64,000 bases of DNA from an uncultured virus (IMG/VR IMGVR_UViG_3300006916_000047) (lineage: Duplodnaviria; Heunggongvirae; Uroviricota; Caudoviricetes). The notes under the pieces are model-generated. The model was not told the origin of the DNA. It ran no database searches and worked only from the letters and a program-made list of their open reading frames with translations. The stretch is from the IMG/VR virus record IMGVR_UViG_3300006916_000047. One strand, given 5' to 3'. The position numbers were made by a program, and so were the translations under genes. Of this stretch, positions 20,532 to 30,789 are shown in pieces (positions within the stretch are counted from its first letter, which is position 1; the number at the start of each line of letters is the position of its first letter).

Positions 20532-21319
20532 ATTTTACCCTCCCGTAATTCGGGAATACCGTTCCAAACAATATTTGGTGGGGTTCCTTCTCGGACTGTC
20601 CAGCGTGTGCCGACCAAGTTTCCGTTTGTTCTTGAACCAATCAATTGTGCGACATAGTGCATTTCACCTTTGACATTCTTTCGGGTGCAGTGAATCTCTT
20701 GCTCAAGTTTTCCGCCCCAATCACGCCATGCTGGTTGAACACCAACAGGAACATTGTCCACATATTTTTCTGCTTCGTGAGTAATGTAAATCACATCACA
20801 CTTCAAACGATAAATAGAAACCATTAATGCTTCAAATGTTTTATTTCTTGCACCGTATTGAAACGGCATAATTTTCGTCACCTTCGTTGGGTCAGGATTA
20901 ACTTTGAGAATACAACTGTTAAACCAAGTGTCCACACCATCAAGAACAAAGATAGGATTCTCCCCTTCTTCAATCTTTGAATGAACATACTTCACAAAGT
21001 CTCTTGAGTTTTGCTCGGACTTGTGAATATCCAATTGTGCTTCTTTGTCTTGAACGATAGGGTCAAACACTTCAATTCTTTCTGTTGCGTCATGGCAAGT
21101 AATCCATGTAGATTCTACGCCACTATCCCAATCAAGAACATAGATTTTCCTATCGGGGAAATCAAGTGCCAGTCCAGTTTTTCCAGTCTTGGGCATGCCC
21201 CAAATACCTAAAACCATTCTTGATTTTTTGTTCTCTCTTTTCTTCTCCATTTGTTTCTTATGCATTTCCAAGAATGTTTCACTTGGTAAAGCATTTCCTT
21301 TACTATTTGTTAGTCCCAT
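20528..21319 (-). CDS. RecA-fold ATPase (Sak4/RadA-like recombination protein)
   Basis: GMPKTGKT, VLDWDSG, FVLDGVD, YITHE. Confidence 0.7.
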   Translation of the reverse strand: MGLTNSKGNALPSETFLEMHKKQMEKKRENKKSRMVLGIWGMPKTGKTGLALDFPDRKIYVLDWDSGVESTWITCHDATERIEVFDPIVQDKEAQLDIHKSEQNSRDFVKYVHSKIEEGENPIFVLDGVDTWFNSCILKVNPDPTKVTKIMPFQYGARNKTFEALMVSIYRLKCDVIYITHEAEKYVDNVPVGVQPAWRDWGGKLEQEIHCTRKNVKGEMHYVAQLIGSRTNGNLVGTRWTVREGTPPNIVWNGIPELREGKI

Positions 21320-21325
21320 TTTTCA

Positions 21326-21574
21326 TCACACCAATTTATTTTCGTCAATTCTAGTTTTTGAATTCTTACTCATTGTCCAATACTGAATAATACTACGAAG
21401 CGATTCAAGGTCATAACAAACATACCTCGCTTCTTTCTGTCCAATATGAAACTTCACCCAGTAAGTTCCAATTTCATTTTCGTTTTCTTTGTAAGTAATA
21501 AAATCTACATTTGCTAAATCAACAACATATGCATTTTTCTTCACTAAAAATCTTTCTCCGATTAAATCTTTCAT
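21326..21574 (-). CDS. Hypothetical protein
   Basis: Likely start MKDLIGE after AGGTGA. Confidence 0.55.
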   Translation of the reverse strand: MKDLIGERFLVKKNAYVVDLANVDFITYKENENEIGTYWVKFHIGQKEARYVCYDLESLRSIIQYWTMSKNSKTRIDENKLV

Positions 21575-21593
21575 TTTTTTCACCTTTTGGTTT

Positions 21594-21644
21594 GATAGGC
21601 TTCGCACCTATCCGAATGTCATTCTACCGCCAACATTTACACGG
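21594..21644 (-). ncRNA. Candidate structured RNA element, copy 1 (T-loop-like hairpin)
   Basis: On - strand: AATGTT/GACATT stem, then GATAGG-TGCGAAG-CCTATC; shares motifs with 40873-40937. Confidence 0.35.
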
Positions 21645-21673
21645 TTCCCAAGGTTTCCAGCGCAAGGGAGGAA

Positions 21674-22885
21674 TCAAAACCAGTCAAAGTCTTTCTCCAC
21701 GGGTTGGGCGGATTCAACGGGTGAACCCACACGCTCAACACAAAGCACACCAGCAACATTGATTGTTGTTGGTTCTGCTTCTCCATCAACCATTCTTTGA
21801 CTTGTTCGGCCAATCACGATAACAGTAGAACCGATACCGAAGTCCAATTCAAGATGTTCGGGAATCCAACAAGTTGTCATGGCATCCGATTCAAAGTCAA
21901 TTTCAGCATTGAGGTCTGTAATGTTGATGATTCGGTTTCCGTTCTTTGTTGGAGTCATGTTCATATTGCACACGGTTCCATCGGTAATCACGAAACGCTC
22001 CTTTGAAGCCTTACTCTGCAATAGAATGTGAGCCTTATCAATTTCAACCAAGGCTGAAATGTGGTCGTTGAAATGTTCCTTCAAACAGTTCTCAAAGGAA
22101 AAGTCGGACATATCTCGGTAGGCGTCGGCTTCGGGGTCAATCTCCGAATTGATGAGAAGACTCTTGAGAGTCGTATCAGTTGCTCCGTAAATGTCAGTCC
22201 CATTAGAACCGGCAACACAAATGAAGTGAACCCATTCAAAGGTACTTGGAGCAAAGTCAATTCCTCCTTGATTCTTGTAGGAGAAGAAATACGGTTGCAT
22301 TTCTCCACCGGCAACGGAACCAAAGAAAATACCAGTGCGGCGGAATTGTTCTTTTGGTAGGGGCTTACCGTAATTGTTGTTTTTGCCACCATTCATGTAG
22401 GTTGCCGTAGCATCAAGGGGAATGTAGATTCTACCATCATCAAGAGTTTCTGCTCCTTTGGGTAAAGTACCTACAACCTTTTCTTCATAGTTTCCGTTGA
22501 AGTAGCGAGACACCGTAAATTTCCCAAGAGCGTTTTCTGTTGCTACTGCAACAATTCCATTCTCAAGAGCATTATCGGAATCACGAAGGTATTCTTCCTT
22601 TGCTTTGTTTCGGTTCCACGACATCATATCCCGTGGTGCATCAAGAGACAAAAAGAATCCAAATGCTGGCTTGAAAAGAGAATCGCTTTGTTGCTGTTGC
22701 TTTCCGCTTGATGCAGAGCGCTTCGCATTTGCGACATAGTTTCTCCATAGTCCAAGACCGATGGGGTTGTTCGTTTCAATGTGGCTTTCGCTACAAATCT
22801 CGGCAAACTTAGTGTTTGCCTCTTCAGTGGTAAGACCAAGAATCTTAGCACCTGCTTCTATTTCTTTCACAGTTTTTTCTTCCAT
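21674..22885 (-). CDS. Putative OB-fold ssDNA-binding protein (RPA-like)
   Basis: C-terminal OB-like segment (ITDGTV...NITD...CWIP...GSTVIVIGR) and acidic/aromatic tail DFDWF; replication context. Confidence 0.55.
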   Translation of the reverse strand: MEEKTVKEIEAGAKILGLTTEEANTKFAEICSESHIETNNPIGLGLWRNYVANAKRSASSGKQQQQSDSLFKPAFGFFLSLDAPRDMMSWNRNKAKEEYLRDSDNALENGIVAVATENALGKFTVSRYFNGNYEEKVVGTLPKGAETLDDGRIYIPLDATATYMNGGKNNNYGKPLPKEQFRRTGIFFGSVAGGEMQPYFFSYKNQGGIDFAPSTFEWVHFICVAGSNGTDIYGATDTTLKSLLINSEIDPEADAYRDMSDFSFENCLKEHFNDHISALVEIDKAHILLQSKASKERFVITDGTVCNMNMTPTKNGNRIINITDLNAEIDFESDAMTTCWIPEHLELDFGIGSTVIVIGRTSQRMVDGEAEPTTINVAGVLCVERVGSPVESAQPVEKDFDWF

Positions 22886-22925
22886 GTTTTTTCACTTCCA
22901 TTTTTTGTTTTGTTTTTTTTTGTTT

Positions 22926-23849
22926 TTACAACAGTTGTCCCACCATCCATGATAAAAGCACTTTTGGGGTCATACTATTGGAACGGTATTCACATTCTCC
23001 GATTGTTCGGAGAAATTTAAATTTCAAGGTGCTATCAAGCCCCTTTGAGTTGATGACTGAATCGTGTAAGCCGACACAAATTTCTTTTGTTGTTCGGCCT
23101 TTGTATAACAAATCATGTAATTCACCTAATACATTTGAATTCTTATTCGTAAGTTTAATGAGTATTTTATGGTATTCTTCCAATGAAACATCAATTTGTT
23201 TTTTGAGGGTTGAATTGCTGGCTTTAGCAGCCTGTATCTCGGTAATCGCCCTCCGCATATCACCGTTCATAGAGTATATAAAAGACCCTAACTCTTCATC
23301 GTTAAAACGACTTATTTCTTCTTTAAGAAGAATATCTTTTACCATATCTAACATATGGTCATTTGAAATCGCTTTGAAATGATAGTTCGCACATCTACTT
23401 TGTAGAGCAAAAATGATTTTGTTTCTATCATTGCAGGTAATAACAAAGCGAATATTACTTGCATAACGCTCCATAATTCTCTTTAAGGCATTTTGAGCAT
23501 CAGTAGTCATTCCATCCATTTCGTCAAGAAGCATCATTCGGAAAGGAACCTCTCCAATAGTTCCGCTTTGGGCTACTTGACGAATAGTTGTCCTAACAGT
23601 CTCAAGCCTTCTATCATCAGAAGCATTTACTTCAAAGAAGTTATCTTTGAAGTTATCTTTCAAAAACTCTTTAGCAACAACAATTGCGGCAGATGTTTTG
23701 CCATTTCCAGGATTTCCGTATAATAGAAGATTAGGCATATCTTCTGTCTCAATCCAAGAACGAGCATCCATTACAAAGTGTTCTTGTCCTTTAATATCGT
23801 TAATTTTATTTGGTCTGTATTTTTCTGTCCATAGCATTTTAATCACCAT
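22926..23849 (-). CDS. rfcS: Replication factor C small subunit (clamp loader)
   Basis: WTEKYRP, GNPGNGKT, NASDDR, LDEMDGMT, QSRC. Confidence 0.92.
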   Translation of the reverse strand: MVIKMLWTEKYRPNKINDIKGQEHFVMDARSWIETEDMPNLLLYGNPGNGKTSAAIVVAKEFLKDNFKDNFFEVNASDDRRLETVRTTIRQVAQSGTIGEVPFRMMLLDEMDGMTTDAQNALKRIMERYASNIRFVITCNDRNKIIFALQSRCANYHFKAISNDHMLDMVKDILLKEEISRFNDEELGSFIYSMNGDMRRAITEIQAAKASNSTLKKQIDVSLEEYHKILIKLTNKNSNVLGELHDLLYKGRTTKEICVGLHDSVINSKGLDSTLKFKFLRTIGECEYRSNSMTPKVLLSWMVGQLL

Positions 23850-23979
23850 ATATAATCTTTCATGTGCATTTTACATTTAAATGCGGGTCTTCGGCATAGA
23901 AGGCAAAAAGCATTTCTAGCCAAAGTAATTCTTGTGTTTCCACAGTTTGGGCATTCTTTTATTTTCCAAACTGGGCGCA

Positions 23980-24243
23980 CTACTCTTCCTCCATAACATA
24001 TGTCCAATATGCAGGAGACTTTCCTTTCTTGCTGACCCTTACAAATTGAGGGTAAAGTCCCGAACTAAGGATAGAAGAGACTTGTTGTTTCGTTGGAACA
24101 TTTCTCCAACGCTTTGTTTTCCCTTTGCGGGTATAGGCTAACAGCCCTAATAATCTATCAAAAATGATATGAGTGGGTAAAGTCTGTCCTTTGAGGACTT
24201 CCGTAATTTTCTCTGGTATTTTCTTTTGTAATTTCAATTTCAT
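23980..24243 (-). CDS. Small basic winged-helix-like protein
   Basis: PTKQQVSSILS...FVRV...YW pattern. Confidence 0.4.
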   Translation of the reverse strand: MKLKLQKKIPEKITEVLKGQTLPTHIIFDRLLGLLAYTRKGKTKRWRNVPTKQQVSSILSSGLYPQFVRVSKKGKSPAYWTYVMEEE

Positions 24244-25091
24244 ATAAAATCCCCCAATGAGGTTTGCTGAACCTTGATAGGGTCAGTCTTCTTTCGCCGT
24301 TTCTTTTCACCAAGTTTAAGCAGACGACATTCTGCATTGTTCAACTTTGTTTTTGCCCAAGTCTTGAAGTCTTCATCCTCAAATAACTGAGAAAGAAGTT
24401 TCGGGTTTCTTACACCGAGCCTTCTTGAAAGACTTGGGATTTTTGAATAGGTGCCTCTTCTTGGCATTTGAATGCGACCAATCATGTTTCCCACATGAGC
24501 ATAGGAAAGCATTTCATAGAAGTATCGCTGGCTCCATCTTCTTCTCACGATACCATCAACGAATACTAAGCGATTTGGATGCATATTTTCCGAGAGCCAA
24601 GTTAGAATTTGGGTGTCGGATGGTTTGTTGAATAGCATTAACTCACAAATCATATCCCTATCCTTTGTTTTAAGATATTCCATCACCAAGGAATAGGTAT
24701 CTCTTTCATATGAAAAGGGGGCCTCGCTCCTTGGAGCAAGAGTTTCTATGCTCTCTCTTAAATGGTTTTTTGAACCGGCCCTTTTTACTTGGCACATTGT
24801 TTTAATTTCCTTTGGAACGCTCTTTTCATTAACAGAAGTCAAAACTACTTGACCTCTATAATTTCTAAGAATGGTTAGGATAGCATCTTTCTCTGGTTTG
24901 TAGTGAACATCTTCAATGATAATTCCATTCTCTACGGGAATAGAGCCAATATCATAATCAATTGAATCAGCATAGAAAACAACTGGGTTTTCCACAAAGG
25001 TTTTTGCCTTTTGTGATTTACCTGTGCCTACCTTTCCTGTGAGAAGTATTGCTCTTTTTTTATTGAGATTCGTCAGTCCCATGTAATACAC
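24240..25091 (-). CDS. Degenerate AAA+ protein, putative RFC large subunit
   Basis: GKVGTGKS, IIIEDV; C-terminal PIP box QQTSLGDFI; close to rfcS. Confidence 0.6.
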   Translation of the reverse strand: MYYMGLTNLNKKRAILLTGKVGTGKSQKAKTFVENPVVFYADSIDYDIGSIPVENGIIIEDVHYKPEKDAILTILRNYRGQVVLTSVNEKSVPKEIKTMCQVKRAGSKNHLRESIETLAPRSEAPFSYERDTYSLVMEYLKTKDRDMICELMLFNKPSDTQILTWLSENMHPNRLVFVDGIVRRRWSQRYFYEMLSYAHVGNMIGRIQMPRRGTYSKIPSLSRRLGVRNPKLLSQLFEDEDFKTWAKTKLNNAECRLLKLGEKKRRKKTDPIKVQQTSLGDFI

Positions 25092-25500
25092 CTTTTAATT
25101 TCAGTATTTGTTCTAGTCCCTTTAGCGTCCGGTGTTGTTTGGTATCAACAATTGAAGCAATTTGCACGAAGGGATTGAGCGTATCATTGTGATTTAAATT
25201 ATTCCAAGTATAGGGGGTTTCGCTAACAATGATATTTAGAACGCTCTGTATGTTTTTAATTCCCCTAACTGAGAGAATCGGACTTTTTCTTCTTACCGAT
25301 TCGTTTCTTCTTACTTTACTTTCAACACCATAAGTAGTCATGGCTCTGGCAACCCCGCATAAAAAATCATATGATGGCATCCTGATGTCTATTGCTAATT
25401 TAATAGCATACCCGATTCTCATTCTTTCATCCGATTGAACACGGCAATGAAACTGCGCCTTGGAAAGTAAAATTCCTGTAAGCATCGCCCGACTAAACAT
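25060..25500 (-). CDS. Degenerate single-motif LAGLIDADG-fold protein
   Basis: LTGILLSKAQF...GYAIKLAIDI...HRTLKGLEQILKLK follows the I-CreI-like pattern but lacks the catalytic acidic residue. Confidence 0.55.
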   Translation of the reverse strand: MFSRAMLTGILLSKAQFHCRVQSDERMRIGYAIKLAIDIRMPSYDFLCGVARAMTTYGVESKVRRNESVRRKSPILSVRGIKNIQSVLNIIVSETPYTWNNLNHNDTLNPFVQIASIVDTKQHRTLKGLEQILKLKGVLHGTDESQ

Positions 25501-25852
25501 TACTCTCAGTCTCCTTCATTCCCAAATAGTCTGCTTTGTATCTTAGATACTGAAAACCGTCCAAAATAGTGTCTTTTATTATTTCTTCATCAAGTTCATT
25601 TTCAGCAACGCCAAAAATTATTCTTGTCCCTTGATAACAGTTAAGGAGATTAGCCTGTTCTTCTTCTATGTTTTCAACAATAACAACAACTCGTTCCTTT
25701 CTTATTTCAGTGGCATGAACAATTCTAAAAAAGAGTCCACGATTAACTATTTCAATCTCTTCTTGGCTTGGATTACCAAATATAAAAAAGGTGAAAGTTC
25801 TCACCTTTTCAAACTTAGCAAGTAGTTCATTTAGTTCTGGATATATAAACAT
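25493..25852 (-). CDS. Hypothetical protein
   Basis: ORF within a tightly packed operon. Confidence 0.55.
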   Translation of the reverse strand: MFIYPELNELLAKFEKVRTFTFFIFGNPSQEEIEIVNRGLFFRIVHATEIRKERVVVIVENIEEEQANLLNCYQGTRIIFGVAENELDEEIIKDTILDGFQYLRYKADYLGMKETESNV

Positions 25853-25856
25853 CTAA

Positions 25857-26309
25857 TCAATCCTTGATGTATTTTTCGTTGGCTTTCCAATAACCAGCAA
25901 CTCTTTCATTTGTTTCAAGCCAGTGAATATGGGCGGCAGTGATTCGGGCATCGCCTCGCTCCAATGCGTTTTGTTCGGCATTTGTTATCACATTTGCGAT
26001 AGCGGTTTCTGCCCATTCATAGAGAAAGTTCTTTGCAGTTCTTGAAATCTGCAAGTCTGTATTTTCTTTCATTATGCTTGTGAGGTTTAATTTGCTTCGT
26101 GTGCGAGGCCTAATGACTACTGGTTTTTCGGGAGTAATTAATTTACCATCTGCCATGTACGGGCATTCCCTTACAGGGATTTTTGTTGGTCGCCCTTGGT
26201 CATGTAAAACATTCTTAAGGTGAGCAATCTCCTGTTCAATTTTGATGCAACGATAGGTATTTCTTTTCCCGTTATTTACGATAATGGTCAATCCACCAAC
26301 TTCAATCAT
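25857..26309 (-). CDS. Protein with C-terminal archaeal histone fold
   Basis: LTSIMKENTDLQISRTAKNFLYEWAETAIANVITNAEQNALERGDARITAAHI aligns by eye with HMf-type histones. Confidence 0.65.
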   Translation of the reverse strand: MIEVGGLTIIVNNGKRNTYRCIKIEQEIAHLKNVLHDQGRPTKIPVRECPYMADGKLITPEKPVVIRPRTRSKLNLTSIMKENTDLQISRTAKNFLYEWAETAIANVITNAEQNALERGDARITAAHIHWLETNERVAGYWKANEKYIKD

Positions 26310-27850
26310 TCCATAGCCTCCAAGTCTTTGAGCGTATTAATGTCCGAAACAAATTTATCATCACGAATACGCTTACATCGTGGGAAGCGCAGACCGATGT
26401 TGTTTGCCGTATCTCTTGAAATCAAGTCTGCTCTTACTTCAAGAACAACAACAGGATTTACATTGTAGGAATTACCTTCATAGGAAACAATATTTCTTCG
26501 TAGGGTGTTGGTCAATGAAATTAAATCCATATCGCTGAATCCTGTTCCGACATATCCGATGCTTTGAAAACCATCATCCGTGGCCACAGCCATTTCAAAT
26601 GTGGCAAAGACATTTGATTTCTTTCCTTCACCGTATTGGGCTGAAAGAACCACCACATCAAGTTCAATCAAAGGTGGCTTGTATTTTGCCCAACCCTTTG
26701 AGCGCTTACCTGCTTCATATGGAAGAGAAGCGTCTTTAACAATAATTCCTTCAAATCCTTCGCTAATTGCGACATTGTAGAAAGCCATCACATCTCCATC
26801 TTCGGGCATTCGTTGTGCTTGGTCAGGGTTGTCCTTAAATCGTTCAAGGCGTTGGTCATAGCGCAAGCCCATAATCGTCTCGCCAGCCCACTTTAAACAA
26901 TCAAAAATGACCCATTTCACCTTAACCCTTTCCATGGCTTCTTCAACATTCTTTGAATGAACACGGGTTCCCATCCGTTTGTGTTCGGCAGGAGAACCGT
27001 CTTCATTGATGGGGTAAATCTCTCCATCAAAAATCACATTATCCACTTCATAATTGCGAACAATTTCTGCAACATCTGGGAATTGCTTTGAAACAATTTT
27101 GCCTTTCCGATTGAAAATAATAACAGATTCACCTTCTTTGTGAATTTGATAACGGTTTCCATCGTATTTGAAATCAACAATTTTATTTGCCGGCCACTTA
27201 TTCATAGGCAAATCTTGTGCAAGCATGGGTTTAACAAAACTACCATGACTTAGAGTAGTCGGGGGCTTCTCTCCCATGTCGTAGTATTGTGAAACAATAT
27301 CAACTGAGTTGAAATTCAAATCTCTTTTGACATCTGTAATTTTCTTGAGATAATACGAAGCCATGATTTTCTCAACGGTTCCCCGATTGATTCCGTTCCG
27401 TGGTTTTCGCAACCAATAGCGAACAAACCAACGGCGTTCATTTGCTGACATATTCAGCATGGCCTGTTGAATCATCCGATATTCCTTTGAATCAAATTTA
27501 CCACAATTCAATTCTAAAAGGCGATGCACATAATTCAGCGTGTATTTCTTTTGTGTCTCTGCGGAAGGGTCTAACTGATAGACGACCTCCCCTAAATCAT
27601 TGTGTAGATACAATTCGTTATCTATCTCATCATCAAACATATTAAAAATGCTTGAAATCCATTTCTTTGCTTTAGCCAATGCGATGCTATTTGCTTTCAA
27701 AGAGTCTTTATTCAAGATAGATAAAGCAGTTCGCCTTGGGCTGGTTTGAGTATTAAAACTCGCCATTCCCTCGGAAAACATTTTTATCGTTTGTGTCGGC
27801 TTCAATCTGTCCGTTGCTTGTAGTAGTCTCGCTAAGTTCGTCCATGTCAT
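26306..27850 (-). CDS. lig: ATP-dependent DNA ligase
   Basis: KYDGNR (motif I), FDGEI, EGIIVK, WAKYK, LRFPR. Confidence 0.93.
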   Translation of the reverse strand: MTWTNLARLLQATDRLKPTQTIKMFSEGMASFNTQTSPRRTALSILNKDSLKANSIALAKAKKWISSIFNMFDDEIDNELYLHNDLGEVVYQLDPSAETQKKYTLNYVHRLLELNCGKFDSKEYRMIQQAMLNMSANERRWFVRYWLRKPRNGINRGTVEKIMASYYLKKITDVKRDLNFNSVDIVSQYYDMGEKPPTTLSHGSFVKPMLAQDLPMNKWPANKIVDFKYDGNRYQIHKEGESVIIFNRKGKIVSKQFPDVAEIVRNYEVDNVIFDGEIYPINEDGSPAEHKRMGTRVHSKNVEEAMERVKVKWVIFDCLKWAGETIMGLRYDQRLERFKDNPDQAQRMPEDGDVMAFYNVAISEGFEGIIVKDASLPYEAGKRSKGWAKYKPPLIELDVVVLSAQYGEGKKSNVFATFEMAVATDDGFQSIGYVGTGFSDMDLISLTNTLRRNIVSYEGNSYNVNPVVVLEVRADLISRDTANNIGLRFPRCKRIRDDKFVSDINTLKDLEAME

Positions 27851-27966
27851 TCGTAATCATCTCCTTGTTATTGTGTATTTCTTTTATCAGTTGTTTTAGA
27901 AGGGTACTGATTCTTCCTTCGTGTTTTTCCGAGTATTGCCACATGGCTCTCGCCAAATAGTTCCAA

Positions 27967-28317
27967 TCACTCTTCTTCATTTGTTTCCACATCCAATGTA
28001 GATAGTAGGCGCACAAAATTAATCATCATATTGTGCGCCAATTGTGCTTCTTGTTCTCTGTTTCTTTCAAGAAGTCTTTGGGCGAGGTGCATCAAAGACG
28101 CTTGAGTGATAGAAGGGGCTACCTTTGCTAAAGAACCGTTTCCATGTATTTCCCAAAAGCAAACGAAAGTCGCTCTTGTGTAAAAACCAGCATTTGCTGA
28201 TTCATTGTAGCCCATGTTAAACATGTCCAAAAAGTGGCCTTCAAGGTTCTTCTTTTGCTTCTTTGCCCACTTCTCAAAGCGTTGGTCATTGGTTGCTATA
28301 CGGTACAAAATTTCCAT
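27967..28317 (-). CDS. Hypothetical protein
   Basis: ORF within operon; likely start MEILYRIA. Confidence 0.5.
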   Translation of the reverse strand: MEILYRIATNDQRFEKWAKKQKKNLEGHFLDMFNMGYNESANAGFYTRATFVCFWEIHGNGSLAKVAPSITQASLMHLAQRLLERNREQEAQLAHNMMINFVRLLSTLDVETNEEE

Positions 28318-28601
28318 TATTCTTCCTCCTCTAAATTCCAACTTGCATTTCTCAATGCTTCAAATAGAGCAACCCTAAATCGGTTGTAGGCATTTTCAAC
28401 ATTCTCCTTTTGGATTCGTGTTCCACGGCCACCAAGAGGCGGCATGGATTGTTCAACGAATAATAAAAACTCATCAAGAATTTGCCCACAATAACGGTTG
28501 GCTCTACCAACTGCTTCATAGGTGATACTTCTTCCTTTACAACCATTTTTGATGGCCGCTTCTCTCATCGCTTGCTCAGTGTGTTTCTTAACTGTCTTCA
28601 T
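28317..28601 (-). CDS. Possible second, divergent histone-fold protein
   Basis: RSITYEAV...ILDEFL...RIQKENVENAY parallels histone RVSxDA...KTIKAEDIELA. Confidence 0.4.
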   Translation of the reverse strand: MKTVKKHTEQAMREAAIKNGCKGRSITYEAVGRANRYCGQILDEFLLFVEQSMPPLGGRGTRIQKENVENAYNRFRVALFEALRNASWNLEEEE

Positions 28602-28803
28602 CTAACTCTCTCCTTAATATTTCATACAGCATTTTCGCTTCTTCAATGTTTAAGCGAATGCCTTTTCTTGTCGGTTTATCGTTTTGAAACCAACGAATGT
28701 CAAGCACTTCAATGTTCCAATACATTCCACGCTTGACAATGATTTCATCCTTTTCGTTTCGGATAATTCTTCCTGTAATTTGTAAATCCGTCAATTCATC
28801 CAC
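28588..28803 (-). CDS. PC4/Sub1 (YdbC-like) ssDNA-binding protein
   Basis: LDIRWF...PTRKGIRLNIEE. Confidence 0.8.
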   Translation of the reverse strand: MDELTDLQITGRIIRNEKDEIIVKRGMYWNIEVLDIRWFQNDKPTRKGIRLNIEEAKMLYEILRRELDEDS

Positions 28804-29186
28804 CCCTGTTTAAATTTGTCAAGTTCTTGTTTTGAGGTAAAGTATCTCGGCGTATCTAAATCATCTAAACGATTTACAATCCAACAGGCCCCACCAAGAG
28901 AAGAAATTTGAACAACTTCATATTGGCCTTGATTTACTTCAAGGACTTCAATGGTGTTCACTTCCGGCGTTAAGCCATACTTCTTGGTTAATTCCGAGGC
29001 AACTGTTCTAATGTTCTCCGCCACATATTTGATGATGTGCGCTCTTTGAATTGGTATTTTGGGAGCAACATCAATCTTTAATGAGCCTGTCATTTTACAG
29101 ACATGGCATTTATTTCCCTCACAAATAGGGCATTTAATTTGAGCCTTATGTGGTGCGGGTAAAACAACTGTTATGGCCTTCTTCAA
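28791..29186 (-). CDS. Zn-finger protein (CxxCxG..CxxCxxxG)
   Basis: CPICEGNKCHVCKMTG. Confidence 0.55.
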   Translation of the reverse strand: MKKAITVVLPAPHKAQIKCPICEGNKCHVCKMTGSLKIDVAPKIPIQRAHIIKYVAENIRTVASELTKKYGLTPEVNTIEVLEVNQGQYEVVQISSLGGACWIVNRLDDLDTPRYFTSKQELDKFKQGWMN

Positions 29187-29304
29187 TCAGTCCACCCCAT
29201 GATTTTATTGACTCTTTCTTGAAGTATCTTGGAAACATCGGGCCTTCCCATCGTTGAAATGATGGCCATAGCATCATTAATTACGGCTATTAGCGTGTCC
29301 ATGT

Positions 29305-30789
29305 TTATTCCTCCACCAATACTGCAACTTCTGTTGAATAGAACAACTGTGCAATTGACATAGCGGCAAGAAGACTATTCTTGGCAACCTTTACTGGGTC
29401 AAAGACTCCTTCTTCTTCCAAGTTAGCCATTTTGCCACTTAATGCATTAAAGCCCATAGGATATTCTTCGGGAGGAACGGGGGATAGATTACTATTCTCA
29501 AAGAGGGCTTCGTAGGGTGCGCTCATAGCGTCCTTGAACCAATTTGGTGCATCAATTCTTTGAGAAACTTCCATCAAAGCACGACCCCCACCAACAACAA
29601 TACCTTCTTCTAAAGCCGCCTTTGTTGCATTCAAAGCATCGTCAAGGCGTTCTTTCTTCTCAAGCATTTCAATTGAAGAAGAAGCACCGACTTTGATTGT
29701 GGCTACCTTTCCACGAAGGCGAACAATACGGGACTTTAGGCGAGCCGCTTCAAAACCTTCCATTGATTTGACTTGTTCTTTCAAGTAGTCAATTCGGTTA
29801 AGTGTGTTGCCTTTGCCACCAATCAAAACGGTTCTTTCCTTTGAAATAATAATGCGCTCGCATTCTGCTAAATCACCCTTGACAAATTGAGAGGCACTAT
29901 CCTTGCTTTCTTCGGTGAAGACTTTACCGCCCATCAAACATTGAATGTCTCCTAATTCATCCAATTGTTGGTCGCCAAAGTTAGGCGCAAGAACAACCGC
30001 ACATTCCACGGTTTTATTGATGATATTTGCCAGTAGATTATTCAATGCTGAACCATCCATCCCTTTACAGAAGATAACCAACGGTCTGCTTTGATTAGCG
30101 GCATATTCCAACAGCCCGATAATGTCCTTGAAGTTTCGGAATTTCATGTTTGACATGAACACCAAAGGATTCTCAAATACGGCTTTACCGTTTGGTTGGT
30201 TTGCCATCAAGTGGCTGATGTAGCCTTCGGGAATCTGCATTCCTTCTCGCACAATTAATTCGGTAATATGGGTTTTTGATTCTTCAACAGTCAAAGCACC
30301 TTCACGCCCTACTTCTTCAATTCCTGCTTGAATCAAAACACCAAGGTTTGGGTCATTGTTTGCCGCAATTGTAGCGACATTGAGAATATCATCATCCTCA
30401 ATTTTGATTGACAATTCATCCAAACCTTGAAGCATTTTTACCTTCAAGTCGTCAAGAGTTTCATAGAACTTGTGAGCGTTCATCTCAGGCAATTGAGAAA
30501 TCTTGGTGCAAAGCATTCTCGCAAGAATACAAGCCGTTGTGGTTCCGTCTCCCGAACCTTCTTGTGCTTTACTTGCTAGATTTTGAACCAATTGCACACC
30601 CATTTGAACATAAGGGTCTTCGTGAGAAATGTATTTGGTAATGGTCACCCCGTCATTAATCACAATTGGAGGGTTGTTTTGTAGAATAACAGTTTTGGCT
30701 TGAGGCCCAAGTGTTGGCTGAACGGTATCAGCCACCAAGTTAATTCCCTGCAATAGTTTCTGCTTTACTTCTTCTCCGTTGATAATCAT
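29305..30789 (-). CDS. groEL: Group I chaperonin (GroEL-like)
   Basis: TLGP, NDGVTI, GDGTTT, APNFGD, DALNATKAALEEGIVVGGG, DPVKV. Confidence 0.92.
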   Translation of the reverse strand: MIINGEEVKQKLLQGINLVADTVQPTLGPQAKTVILQNNPPIVINDGVTITKYISHEDPYVQMGVQLVQNLASKAQEGSGDGTTTACILARMLCTKISQLPEMNAHKFYETLDDLKVKMLQGLDELSIKIEDDDILNVATIAANNDPNLGVLIQAGIEEVGREGALTVEESKTHITELIVREGMQIPEGYISHLMANQPNGKAVFENPLVFMSNMKFRNFKDIIGLLEYAANQSRPLVIFCKGMDGSALNNLLANIINKTVECAVVLAPNFGDQQLDELGDIQCLMGGKVFTEESKDSASQFVKGDLAECERIIISKERTVLIGGKGNTLNRIDYLKEQVKSMEGFEAARLKSRIVRLRGKVATIKVGASSSIEMLEKKERLDDALNATKAALEEGIVVGGGRALMEVSQRIDAPNWFKDAMSAPYEALFENSNLSPVPPEEYPMGFNALSGKMANLEEEGVFDPVKVAKNSLLAAMSIAQLFYSTEVAVLVEE

